DNA of 64,000 nucleotides from contig JBDRJK010000021.1 of NCBI GenBank assembly GCA_043814985.1, forward strand, positions 32,001 through 96,000, read 5' to 3'. Below are positions 25,949 through 35,012 of the stretch, piece by piece. This stretch comes from Candidatus Aenigmatarchaeota archaeon (GTDB taxonomy: Archaea > Aenigmatarchaeota > Aenigmatarchaeia > Aenigmatarchaeales > Aenigmatarchaeaceae). The number at the start of each line of letters is the position of its first letter. Position 1 is the stretch's first letter. Made by a program: the position numbers and the translations under genes. A model generated the notes under the pieces. That model made no database searches and had not been told where the DNA came from. It saw nothing but the letters and a program-made list of their open reading frames with translations.

Positions 25949-27256
25949 TTGCTGAATAGAGACTTAATAAAAAATGTTAAAAAACAAGATAAAGAAAAAG
26001 ACGTTAACGTTTTTGGATGGCTTAAAAACAAAAAGGATTTTGGCAAAATAATCATTTTGAGAATAGTTGATTCTTCTGGAGAGATTCGTGCTGTGGCAAA
26101 GACCAAAATATTGAAAGAGAACTCTTTTCTTGATATCAAGAAGCTCAAGAAGGAATCCTGTATAAATGTTATGGGAAATTACGATTCCAAAAAGAAAGAA
26201 ATCCAGATAAAAGAAATAAAAATTATTGCAGCTGCTACTAAGTCTATATCGCCCTCCGCAAGGGATGATTTTGATATCTATAATCAGAAATACACAAGTC
26301 TTGTCTGCGATAACAGGCACATCTATTTGAGAAACGAGAAAATTGCCACAATACTCAAGATTAGGAGCATGTTCATGGAGGAAATGCGCGATTACTTCCA
26401 AAAGAACAATTTCATCAATTTTAGCGCACCGATTTTGACCAACATAACACTTTATGGCGACAAGACAGCCTTTGATATTGATTTCTGTGGTAAGAAACTC
26501 TACCTCACACAATGCACAGCATTCTATCTGGAGTCTGCTATACCGGCTTTCGAGAAGGTTTATTTCATGTCGCCTTCTTTCAGGAATGAAAAGTCTAAGA
26601 GCAGGAGGCATCTTAGCGAATACTGGCACTGCAAAGGAGAAATAGCTTTTTGTGATTTAGAAGGAATGATGAAGTTTGTAGAGAATATGACATACACTGT
26701 CTACAAAAATCTAGTAAAAAACGCAGGAGAGGAGATGAGGAAAATAACCAAAATAGATTTTAACAAATTCAAGCCACCTTACAAGTCAATTACCTATGAA
26801 AAGGCCGTTGAAGTTCTACAGAATAATGGTTTCAAAATAAAGTTTGGTCAAAGCATTGGGAGTGACGAAGAAAGATTCTTAGGTGAGAGGATGAAAAAAA
26901 TGTTTTGGATCAAGTTCCTACCAAGAAAGGTGGAGGCATTCCCCTACAGAATCAACCCTTCTGATGAAAGAACAACACTGACGGCAGACCTCTTGTGCAA
27001 TGAGTCTGGCGAGATATTGGGAACCGCTGAAAAGATATATCAAAAGGAAGAATTGGAAAGAAGGATGAGGGAGGATTTCGTTGCACATCCAAAAGAAATT
27101 TACAAATGGTACATAGAGCTTAGAGAAATGGGCTTGCCGCCGCATAGTGGTTTTGGTATGGGTGTGGAAAGAGTCTTGAGAAGTTTTCTTAATCTTAAAC
27201 ATGTAAGGGATGTTATACCTTATCCAAGACTTTATACAAGATTACCTTATCCTTGA
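25949..27256 (+). CDS. Asparaginyl-tRNA synthetase-like class IIb paralog with altered substrate pocket
   Basis: OB domain; motif 2 PSFRNEKSKSRRHLSEYW; motif 3 PHSGFGMGVER. Confidence 0.85.
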   Translation: MLNRDLIKNVKKQDKEKDVNVFGWLKNKKDFGKIIILRIVDSSGEIRAVAKTKILKENSFLDIKKLKKESCINVMGNYDSKKKEIQIKEIKIIAAATKSISPSARDDFDIYNQKYTSLVCDNRHIYLRNEKIATILKIRSMFMEEMRDYFQKNNFINFSAPILTNITLYGDKTAFDIDFCGKKLYLTQCTAFYLESAIPAFEKVYFMSPSFRNEKSKSRRHLSEYWHCKGEIAFCDLEGMMKFVENMTYTVYKNLVKNAGEEMRKITKIDFNKFKPPYKSITYEKAVEVLQNNGFKIKFGQSIGSDEERFLGERMKKMFWIKFLPRKVEAFPYRINPSDERTTLTADLLCNESGEILGTAEKIYQKEELERRMREDFVAHPKEIYKWYIELREMGLPPHSGFGMGVERVLRSFLNLKHVRDVIPYPRLYTRLPYP

Positions 27257-28149
27257 TTTAATAATATTTCTATATTTTCAGAACCAATTTTTTTAAGAGT
27301 ATCGTCATTGAAATCTAAGTTCATAAAACTCTTTACAACATTCATATATTTTTCTTCAGTAATGTAGGGTAAATCTGTTCCGAATAATATCTTTTCAGCA
27401 CCCAATGTTTTGATTAGAAAATCATATACGTCTTTACAATTCTTTTTGGTTTTAGCTGCAAACCTATCCAAAAGACTGGTTTCAACAAAAACATTCTTTG
27501 TCTTTCTAGCATTTTCCAATACACCAGTGTCAAGCCTAGCACAGTGGGCAATTATGAAGCTTACAGAGGGATAGCATCTGGCAAGTTCTATTATATTAGA
27601 AGGTAGTGAGTTTTCATCCTCACCTGAATGCGAGATAAAAACAAGGCCGTTTTCCTTGACAATATCCATTATTTCTGTTTTAGCTAGTTTTTTTGGGGAG
27701 AAATTAGTTACAAAGGGATGTATTTTAACACCTATTATACCTTTCTCAATATAATCATTCAGACATTTCACATTTTTAGGGTATCTCGGGTCTATTATTA
27801 TGAAAGGTAATAAATCCTTGTTTCTTTTCCCAATGCCAATTATCTTTTCATTTTCTTTGTGATAGGGGTTTTCCTTGATTTTCCACCTTCCCTTACAGAG
27901 GGGGCATTCCAGAATGTAATGGTCTTCATGGACGCTTAAACATGTGGGGGAAAGACCGTAAGATTTGCAGTTTTTATTTTCACATGTTAGCTCTCTTACG
28001 CTTGGGCAGGGGAAAATTACAGATTTTTCAACCCCATTTTTTCTCATTAAATCTAATAGCCTACTTTCTGATAACGATATCTTTCTATCAGTCTTTCTGT
28101 TATAATAGTAATCGTTTCCTATATGCACGTGGCAGTCTGTTATTTTCAT
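27247..28149 (-). CDS. Amidohydrolase-superfamily metal-dependent hydrolase with Cys-rich insertion
   Basis: DCHVH, GVKIHP, SHSG, IAH and FGTD motifs; C..C/CPLC insert. Confidence 0.85.
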   Translation of the reverse strand: MKITDCHVHIGNDYYYNRKTDRKISLSESRLLDLMRKNGVEKSVIFPCPSVRELTCENKNCKSYGLSPTCLSVHEDHYILECPLCKGRWKIKENPYHKENEKIIGIGKRNKDLLPFIIIDPRYPKNVKCLNDYIEKGIIGVKIHPFVTNFSPKKLAKTEIMDIVKENGLVFISHSGEDENSLPSNIIELARCYPSVSFIIAHCARLDTGVLENARKTKNVFVETSLLDRFAAKTKKNCKDVYDFLIKTLGAEKILFGTDLPYITEEKYMNVVKSFMNLDFNDDTLKKIGSENIEILLNQG

Positions 28150-28208
28150 AATTATAATTATATATGGAAACCATAAATTTTATAAGTTTCTAATATTCTA
28201 ATGATGTT

Positions 28209-28388
28209 ATGGCTTGGTCTATAAACAATGAAAAATGCATTAGATGTGGAGGCTGTGTTTCAGTCTGCCCTTTTGCTGCATTAGAGCTGGATGACGATGT
28301 TATTCATGATGAAAAGCTGTGCACTTTGTGCGGAATTTGCGAGAAAGCTTGTCCTGTAAGAGCAATAGAGGTGAAAAAAGATGGGTAA
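28209..28388 (+). CDS. 2[4Fe-4S] ferredoxin (59 aa; absent from the ORF track)
   Basis: CIRCGGCVSVCP and CTLCGICEKACP motifs. Confidence 0.92.
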   Translation: MAWSINNEKCIRCGGCVSVCPFAALELDDDVIHDEKLCTLCGICEKACPVRAIEVKKDG

Positions 28389-28452
28389 GAAAAGGAGCTG
28401 GAAAACTGGGAAATCCCAGACCAAATATTCAAGAGAGAAGAAGAAAAAATGA
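28381..28452 (+). CDS. Putative 23-aa basic peptide MGKKRSWKTGKSQTKYSREKKKK
   Basis: GAGGTGA RBS upstream; fills the ferredoxin-GGR gap exactly. Confidence 0.4.
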   Translation: MGKKRSWKTGKSQTKYSREKKKK

Positions 28453-28456
28453 TACT

Positions 28457-29602
28457 ATGTACGATGTGATAATTGTCGGCGCTGGTCCTGCTGGAAGCTC
28501 TTGTGCCAAGAGGTTGGTAGAGAAGGGTTTCTCTGTTAAGATATTTGACAGGAGAGAGGAGTTAGGAGTTCCTGTCAGGTGCGGGGAAGGCTTGAGCGAG
28601 CATGCTCAGGATATTATAGGTAAGATTCCCAAAGAATGCATTTCCCAGAATATCAAGGGAGCCAGGGTATATGCCCCAAACGGCAAGTACTTGGAAGCTG
28701 TGCTTGAGACTGGAGGATTCATACTGGACAGGAGAAAGTTTGACAAGTGGTTGGCAGAGAAGGCTGAGAAGGCAGGCGCGGAAATACAGAAGGACACCCT
28801 GATCACCGATTTCATAGTGGAGGACGGCTACTACATCGGAGTCAAGGGCGAGGGCTTTGAGGAAAAGGCAAGAATGGTTGTCTGCGCCACAGGAGCCGAG
28901 TCTGCTTTAAGGAAGTCTTTGAAGGTCTTCTCAAAGCTGGAGCTTATTGATTCTTGCTTGCAATATAAAATGTCCGGCATTGGTTCGGACCAGGATTTCA
29001 TCCACATTTATCTTGGGAACGAGATATCTCCAAGGGGATACACTTGGGTGTTTCCAAAGGGAGGCGACAAGGGCAATGTCGGAGTGGGCATCATTCCAGG
29101 AGAAAAAACAGCCAAGCACTATCTGGACAAGTTCATTAAGGAGACCGATGAACTGAAGAACGGCGAAATATACTTGGTCGAGGGAGGCTGCGTTCCTGTT
29201 GGCGGCATGCTGAAGGATGCAGTGGATAATGGTTTATTGCTGTGCGGCGAGGCAGCGCATTATGTCAACCCCATACATGGTGGCGGCATAAAGGAAGGTA
29301 TCGTATCAGGTTTTTTGGCTGCTGATGTCATTGCAGAATGTTTAAAGAATAATGATGTTTCCAAAAAAGCCCTGTCCAAGTACAATGACTTGTGGTGGGA
29401 GCAGAGAGGCAACAAGCTGAAGAAGGTGGAGAAGCTGAGGGAAGTTCTCGAGAAGCTCTCTGACAAGGATTTGAACGAGTTGCTTGATGTTCTCAAGCCA
29501 GAGGACATTGTTGATTTCACCAGGGGAGCCAAACTCTCTGTTCTTGCAAAGGCCCTCATGAGAAAGCCCAGGTTGTTAGGACTGGCTAGGCACTTGATGT
29601 AA
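28457..29602 (+). CDS. Digeranylgeranylglycerophospholipid (geranylgeranyl) reductase
   Basis: MYDVIIVGAGPAG, PVRCGEG, GYTWVFPK and NPIHGGGI motifs; start re-called to 28457. Confidence 0.9.
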   Translation: MYDVIIVGAGPAGSSCAKRLVEKGFSVKIFDRREELGVPVRCGEGLSEHAQDIIGKIPKECISQNIKGARVYAPNGKYLEAVLETGGFILDRRKFDKWLAEKAEKAGAEIQKDTLITDFIVEDGYYIGVKGEGFEEKARMVVCATGAESALRKSLKVFSKLELIDSCLQYKMSGIGSDQDFIHIYLGNEISPRGYTWVFPKGGDKGNVGVGIIPGEKTAKHYLDKFIKETDELKNGEIYLVEGGCVPVGGMLKDAVDNGLLLCGEAAHYVNPIHGGGIKEGIVSGFLAADVIAECLKNNDVSKKALSKYNDLWWEQRGNKLKKVEKLREVLEKLSDKDLNELLDVLKPEDIVDFTRGAKLSVLAKALMRKPRLLGLARHLM

Positions 29603-29665
29603 TCAGCTTATTTAATAACAATACAAATAATTATTTTATCTAAGTTGCAATATTCTAGTGGTAAG

Positions 29666-32143
29666 ATGACGAGAATAGAAAAATTAGATATACAGGGTTT
29701 CAAGTCCTTTTCCAGGAAGACTTCCCTAACTTTCCCTAGCAACTTCTCTGTGATATGCGGTCCCAACGGCTCTGGCAAGTCCAACATACTTGACGCGTTA
29801 TGTTTCGTTCTGGGAAGGACCTCTGCCAAAAGCTTGAGGGCTGACAGGATGATGGAGATGATATTCCACGGCACAAAGAATAGGCCTCCCGCAGAGCTGG
29901 CAAAGGTCTCAATGCATTTTGACAACTCAAGTAAAGAGTTCCCCTTTGAGGATGACAAGGTCATCCTGTCCAGGAGAATAAACAGGAAAGGCATTTCCAT
30001 TTACAAATTAAACGGAAGGACTGTTACAAGGGAAAGGATCCAGGAGATTCTCAGGCCTGTCAGAATCCGACCTGGCGGCCACAATATAATTTTGCAGGGA
30101 GATGTCACTGAGATAGTTGAGATGAGTCCTCTGGAAAGAAGAGAGATTATTGATGAGATATCTGGGATAAAGGAGTTCGACCAGAAGAGAGACAAGGCCC
30201 AACGCGAGTTGATGACAGTCGAGAACCGGTTAAAGGAGTCGCATATCATTCTTCACGAGAAAAGGTCAAACCTTGTCAGGCTTGAAAAGGAGAGTAAAGA
30301 TGCTCAAAGATACCAGAAGCTGACAAGGGAACTTGATAAATTAAGAGCCTCTTTGGCAAGGCACAAGCTGAGTGTTGCTGAGAAGGCAATGGCAAAGCTC
30401 GACGAGAAAATAAGTAATATCGAGACAGGTGACATTGACAAGGAAGTTGATGTGATAGAGAAGGAGTTGGAGAGGGTTGAGAAGGAGAGGGATGTTGTTG
30501 ACAAGAGGCTTTTTGACAGGACCAAGGACATTGCCATAATTAAAGAAGTTGAGAAGATAAGGTCTGAGATAAACAGGAACAGGGACAAGATAGATATGGG
30601 ACAGCTCAACATAAGAAGGACAGAGGACGTGATAAGGAGATTAGAATACTTGCAGCAGAAGGAGAGGGAAGGTTCTGTCAGCAAGGCTGTCAAGGAGATA
30701 ATGAACCTTGGTTGGACAGGAGTATACGGGACAATTTCCTCGTTGTCAAAGGTTTCCAAGAAGCACCAGTCAGCAATTGAGGTGGCTGCTGGCCCGCATC
30801 TTAATGATATAATTGTTTCTGATGAAAGGGTTGCAATTGAGTGCGTTAACCATTTGAAGAAAAACAAGATTGGGAGGGCAACGTTTCTTCCCCTGAACAA
30901 GATAAAAACAAGGGACAGCAAAGGTCTGAAGAAGTTCTCTTATGATGACGGCTTTGTTGGCATAGCAATCGATTTGGTAGAGTTTGACAACAAGTACTAC
31001 AATGCATTTTCTCATGTTTTCGGGAGCACTGTCATTGCCAACACAATCAGTGATGTCAGGAGGATGGGCATAGGCAATGCTAGGTTTGTAACTCTTGAAG
31101 GAGACTTGATAGAGAGGTCAGGAGCAATAATCGGCGGTTATTACATCAAGAAGAGGGTCTTTTCTGGCAAGGAGGAGATTGAAAAATATACTAATGACAA
31201 GGCAAAGCTGGCTGCTGACATCAAGGTTCTGGAGAAGGATATTGTTTCTCTGAAAGCTCAGTTGGAGTCTTTAACAACTGAGGAGGAAACTGGCAGCAAG
31301 GAATTGACTGACATGCAGAAGAAAAGGCAGATGCTGGAAGAGATGTTCGACTCATTGGAAAAGAAGAGGAAGAGTATGTTCCACGAGAGGATGAACTCCC
31401 AGGAGAGCATTAACAAATTAAGAATTAGAAAGGCAAGGCTTGAGGCGGAATTAGAAAACCTTAAACTGGAGTTCGAGAACTACAAGAAGACCGAGACGCT
31501 TGACATTACCCCGTCTGTTCTGGAAAATAGGATACACCAGACCACTGTCTACATAAACGCTTTGGGACTGATAAACATGAAGGCTCTTGAGGAGTATGAC
31601 GAGCAGAAGATAATATTCACCGATCTTAAGGAGAAGGTCGACAAGTTGACAGAGGAGAGGAACAAGATTCTAGAGATAATAGCCGAGATTGAGGGCAAGA
31701 GGAAGGAGTCATTTACCAAGACCCTGGATGAATTGAGAAAGGAGTTCAAGATTGTTTTCCATGACTTGATGAAGGGCGAGGCTGATTTGAGGCTGATAGG
31801 CGGTATGGACAGTGGCTTATTGATTGAAGGCAGTGCAAAAACTAAAAAGATGATGAACATAGATTTGATGTCTGGTGGCGAGAAGACCTTGACTGCTCTA
31901 GCATTCCTGTTTGCCATCCAGAGGTTCAGGCCAGCGCCGTTTTATATTCTTGACGAGATTGACGCTGCTTTAGATAAACCGAACACCAAAAAGACAGTTG
32001 AGTTGATTAAGAAGTATTGCGACAATTCCCAGTTTATTGTTATTTCACATAATGAAGCGACAATCCAGGCAGCTGATTCTGTGTACGGAGTTTCTATGGA
32101 AGAAGGGGAGTCTAGGTTGGTTGGAATAAAGATGCCTGGCTAA
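29666..32143 (+). CDS. smc: Chromosome segregation protein SMC with short coiled-coil arms (about 825 aa)
   Basis: Walker A GPNGSGKSN, Q-loop ILQG, hinge GRATFLPL, signature MSGGEK, Walker B ILDEIDAALD. Confidence 0.92.
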   Translation: MTRIEKLDIQGFKSFSRKTSLTFPSNFSVICGPNGSGKSNILDALCFVLGRTSAKSLRADRMMEMIFHGTKNRPPAELAKVSMHFDNSSKEFPFEDDKVILSRRINRKGISIYKLNGRTVTRERIQEILRPVRIRPGGHNIILQGDVTEIVEMSPLERREIIDEISGIKEFDQKRDKAQRELMTVENRLKESHIILHEKRSNLVRLEKESKDAQRYQKLTRELDKLRASLARHKLSVAEKAMAKLDEKISNIETGDIDKEVDVIEKELERVEKERDVVDKRLFDRTKDIAIIKEVEKIRSEINRNRDKIDMGQLNIRRTEDVIRRLEYLQQKEREGSVSKAVKEIMNLGWTGVYGTISSLSKVSKKHQSAIEVAAGPHLNDIIVSDERVAIECVNHLKKNKIGRATFLPLNKIKTRDSKGLKKFSYDDGFVGIAIDLVEFDNKYYNAFSHVFGSTVIANTISDVRRMGIGNARFVTLEGDLIERSGAIIGGYYIKKRVFSGKEEIEKYTNDKAKLAADIKVLEKDIVSLKAQLESLTTEEETGSKELTDMQKKRQMLEEMFDSLEKKRKSMFHERMNSQESINKLRIRKARLEAELENLKLEFENYKKTETLDITPSVLENRIHQTTVYINALGLINMKALEEYDEQKIIFTDLKEKVDKLTEERNKILEIIAEIEGKRKESFTKTLDELRKEFKIVFHDLMKGEADLRLIGGMDSGLLIEGSAKTKKMMNIDLMSGGEKTLTALAFLFAIQRFRPAPFYILDEIDAALDKPNTKKTVELIKKYCDNSQFIVISHNEATIQAADSVYGVSMEEGESRLVGIKMPG

Positions 32144-32782
32144 TTACAACTCTTTAATTGCTGGTAAATCCGAAATCCTAATAACAGCATCTTCCGGTAT
32201 TTTCAACATGCTTCTGCAATCAATGCCGAAAATTCCCGTTTTCTTTCCCCCTTCTTTCCCAAAACCATAAACATGGTAATCAACAGGTCCCAGAGAGGTT
32301 TCGGCAATTTTTTCTCCTGAGCCGTTTTTTACTAAATTATCTATTTCCCTCTTTAAAAATTCTAAATGACATTCTTGCGTAATGATAACACCTTTTTTAT
32401 TTTCTCCTTCCTTCTGCTGGTAATTCAAACACACTAAACCCCCTGCCACAAATTCATTCTTATAATTATTTTTCCTTTGAATTTTCTTAGCCTTTCTTGT
32501 CAATTTTTTAGAAAGTTTATAGGGCATTTTCTTATTTTTAGAACAAGCATAACTTACTGTCTCAATAATTTCTTCCATTCCTTCTGGTCTGTGCAACTCT
32601 GAACAGCTATTGCATACACCTACAAGGGTGTAGTTTTTCCCTTCAAACAGTTTATATGCGGCTCTTTCAATTTCAGCCTTAAGTTGGACTTCTTTCCTCC
32701 CTGTAACCTCTGATATAATTTTGTTAATGTCTGATGCACCTTCTCTTAACTCATTAACATACAAAGGTTTTTGGCGTGACAT
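32144..32782 (-). CDS. Orphan hypothetical protein
   Basis: 212-aa AT-rich ORF with no recognisable motif. Confidence 0.6.
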   Translation of the reverse strand: MSRQKPLYVNELREGASDINKIISEVTGRKEVQLKAEIERAAYKLFEGKNYTLVGVCNSCSELHRPEGMEEIIETVSYACSKNKKMPYKLSKKLTRKAKKIQRKNNYKNEFVAGGLVCLNYQQKEGENKKGVIITQECHLEFLKREIDNLVKNGSGEKIAETSLGPVDYHVYGFGKEGGKKTGIFGIDCRSMLKIPEDAVIRISDLPAIKEL

Positions 32783-32890
32783 AGAATTTAATTGAAAGGA
32801 AAAGGATTTAAGCCTTTCTCGGTGTTGTTGGAAAAGCCGGGAACAATCCTGCAGATATCTTTATACGGTTTACAACAAAAGAAAATAGCT

Positions 32891-33688
32891 ATGGAAGAAA
32901 AATTCATAATCCAAGTTGAGAATCTCACGAGGAAGTTCGGGAATTTTACAGCAGTGGATGACATCTCCTTCAAGGTCAAAACCGGAGAAATATTCGCTTT
33001 CCTGGGCCCGAACGGAGCTGGGAAGACGACGACCATCAAAATGCTGACAACGCTTCTCAAACCGACTTCCGGCAGCATGAACATCAACGGCTTCGATTCC
33101 GTGGCCAAGCAAAACGAAACGAGGAGCTCCTTTGGGATAGTGTTTCAGGACCCCAGCCTGGATGACGAGCTGACCGCTTACGAGAACATGGAGTATCACG
33201 GCGTGCTGTACAAGATTCCCAAGGACATCAGGAAGAAGAGGATAGAGGAGATGCTGAGATTCGTCGAACTCTGGGACAGAAAAAAAGATCTGGTGAAGAC
33301 TTTTTCCGGTGGAATGAAAAGGCGGTTGGAAATCGCGTGCGGGCTCTTGCACCATCCGAAGATTTTCTTCCTGGACGAGCCGACCTTGGGGTTGGACCCT
33401 CAGACAAGAAACCATATCTGGGAGTACATACAGAAGCTGAACAGGGAAGAGGGGACCACAATATTTTTTACGACGCATTACATGGAGGAGGCTGCCAAGG
33501 TCTCAAGTGTCATAGCAATCATCGACGGAGGAAAAATAATAGCCCAGGGAACTGCAGAGGAGCTGAAGGCAACAACAAAGACCGCCTCCCTTGAAGACGC
33601 TTTCATAAGCCTGACCGGCAAACAGATACGGGAGGAAGACGCAAGCAGCGCTGACCGCATGAGAATGCGACGCAGGATGTTCAGGTGA
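32891..33688 (+). CDS. ABC-2 exporter ATP-binding subunit (DrrA-like)
   Basis: GPNGAGKTT, FSGGM and FLDEPT motifs; start re-called to MEEKF. Confidence 0.93.
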   Translation: MEEKFIIQVENLTRKFGNFTAVDDISFKVKTGEIFAFLGPNGAGKTTTIKMLTTLLKPTSGSMNINGFDSVAKQNETRSSFGIVFQDPSLDDELTAYENMEYHGVLYKIPKDIRKKRIEEMLRFVELWDRKKDLVKTFSGGMKRRLEIACGLLHHPKIFFLDEPTLGLDPQTRNHIWEYIQKLNREEGTTIFFTTHYMEEAAKVSSVIAIIDGGKIIAQGTAEELKATTKTASLEDAFISLTGKQIREEDASSADRMRMRRRMFR

Positions 33689-34446
33689 TGAATATGGATG
33701 CTAATGTAATTTTCGTTCTTTGGAAAAGGCAGCTGAAGAGATACTTCCGCTCAAGGTCCAGGATGATAGGCTCGGTAGCGCAGCCCCTGCTGTTCCTGTT
33801 TGCATTCGGTTTTGGGTTCAGTTCGGTTTTCCAACAGGCAGGGCAGGGCAATTACTTCCAGTTCCTAGCGCCAGGAATCGTTTCCATGGCCATACTTTTC
33901 ACTTCAATTTTCACTGGAATAGAAATAATCTGGGACAGGCAGTTCGGCTTTCTCAAGGAGACACTGGTTGCACCCGTGTCCAGGCTTGAAATCATGATTG
34001 GCAAGACCCTGGGCGGGGCGACCGTGGCAAGCCTTCAGGGAATCATTGTGATAGGCATATCATTGCTTGTAGGTTTCGTTCCCTATAGCCTTGTGATGAT
34101 TCCTGTGGCCTTTGCCTTCATGTTCCTGATTGCCACGCTCTTTGCAGCGATCGGGACTGCGATTGCTTCGCTCTTGGAGGACATGCAGGGCTTCCAGCTT
34201 ATCATGAACTTCTTTGTGATGCCCATATTCTTCCTGTCGGGGGCCCTGTTCCCGCTGGAGGGGCTGCTGGAAGTGGTTGGGATACTTTCAAAGGTGAACC
34301 CACTTTCGTACGGGGTCGACGGCATCCGTTCCGCTCTTACAGGTGTCAGCTACTTCGGGTTTGCAATCGATTTCGCAGTCCTTGGCGTTTCAACGGCAGT
34401 CTGCCTTGCTGTCGGCAGCTATCTCTTCTCCAAGATGCAGATATGA
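33685..34446 (+). CDS. ABC-2 exporter permease
   Basis: DRQFGFLKE, FFLSGALFP and NPLSYGVD motifs. Confidence 0.93.
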   Translation: MMNMDANVIFVLWKRQLKRYFRSRSRMIGSVAQPLLFLFAFGFGFSSVFQQAGQGNYFQFLAPGIVSMAILFTSIFTGIEIIWDRQFGFLKETLVAPVSRLEIMIGKTLGGATVASLQGIIVIGISLLVGFVPYSLVMIPVAFAFMFLIATLFAAIGTAIASLLEDMQGFQLIMNFFVMPIFFLSGALFPLEGLLEVVGILSKVNPLSYGVDGIRSALTGVSYFGFAIDFAVLGVSTAVCLAVGSYLFSKMQI

Positions 34447-34487
34447 TGGCTTAGAAAAAATTTAAATTTCCTCCCTCTATTTACTTT

Positions 34488-35012
34488 ATGTTAAACATCT
34501 ACCAGCCAGCAGAAGACTCGTTCCTCTTGGAAAAGTATGTAAAGAAACTGGCAAGGGGAAAAGTCCTGGACATGGGCACAGGTTCAGGAATACAGGCAAA
34601 GGCTGCTTTAGAAAGAACTGATTCTGTTACAGCAGTTGACATCAATCCAGAAGTGATCGAGCACTGCAAGAGCATCAAGAACGTTGAGTTCATCCAATCC
34701 GACCTCTTCTCCTCTGTCACTGGCAAGTTCGACACGATAATATTCAACGCACCATATCTTCCTGAAGAGGGTCCCAAGGACCCTGCCTTAGATGGAGGAA
34801 AGAAAGGACATGAAACAATAGAAAGGTTCCTGAGCCAGGTAAAGGAGTTCCTTTCAAAGGACGGAATAATACTCCTGGTCTTCTCATCATTCACTAACAA
34901 GGAAAAGGTGGATCACTTAATTGTGGAGAACGGCTTCAGGTTTGAAGAGTTGGAAAGGATACACTTCTCCTTCGAGAACATCTACTGCTACAAGATAACT
35001 ATTTCTTTCTAA
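34488..35012 (+). CDS. HemK2/Mtq2-like protein N5-glutamine methyltransferase
   Basis: YQPAEDS, LDMGTGSG and FNAPYLP motifs. Confidence 0.88.
   Translation: MLNIYQPAEDSFLLEKYVKKLARGKVLDMGTGSGIQAKAALERTDSVTAVDINPEVIEHCKSIKNVEFIQSDLFSSVTGKFDTIIFNAPYLPEEGPKDPALDGGKKGHETIERFLSQVKEFLSKDGIILLVFSSFTNKEKVDHLIVENGFRFEELERIHFSFENIYCYKITISF

Noticed and set aside
28319..28456. N-terminal extension of the GGR ORF in the ORF track
   Set aside because: It overlaps a clear ferredoxin gene; the Rossmann motif starts at ATG 28457
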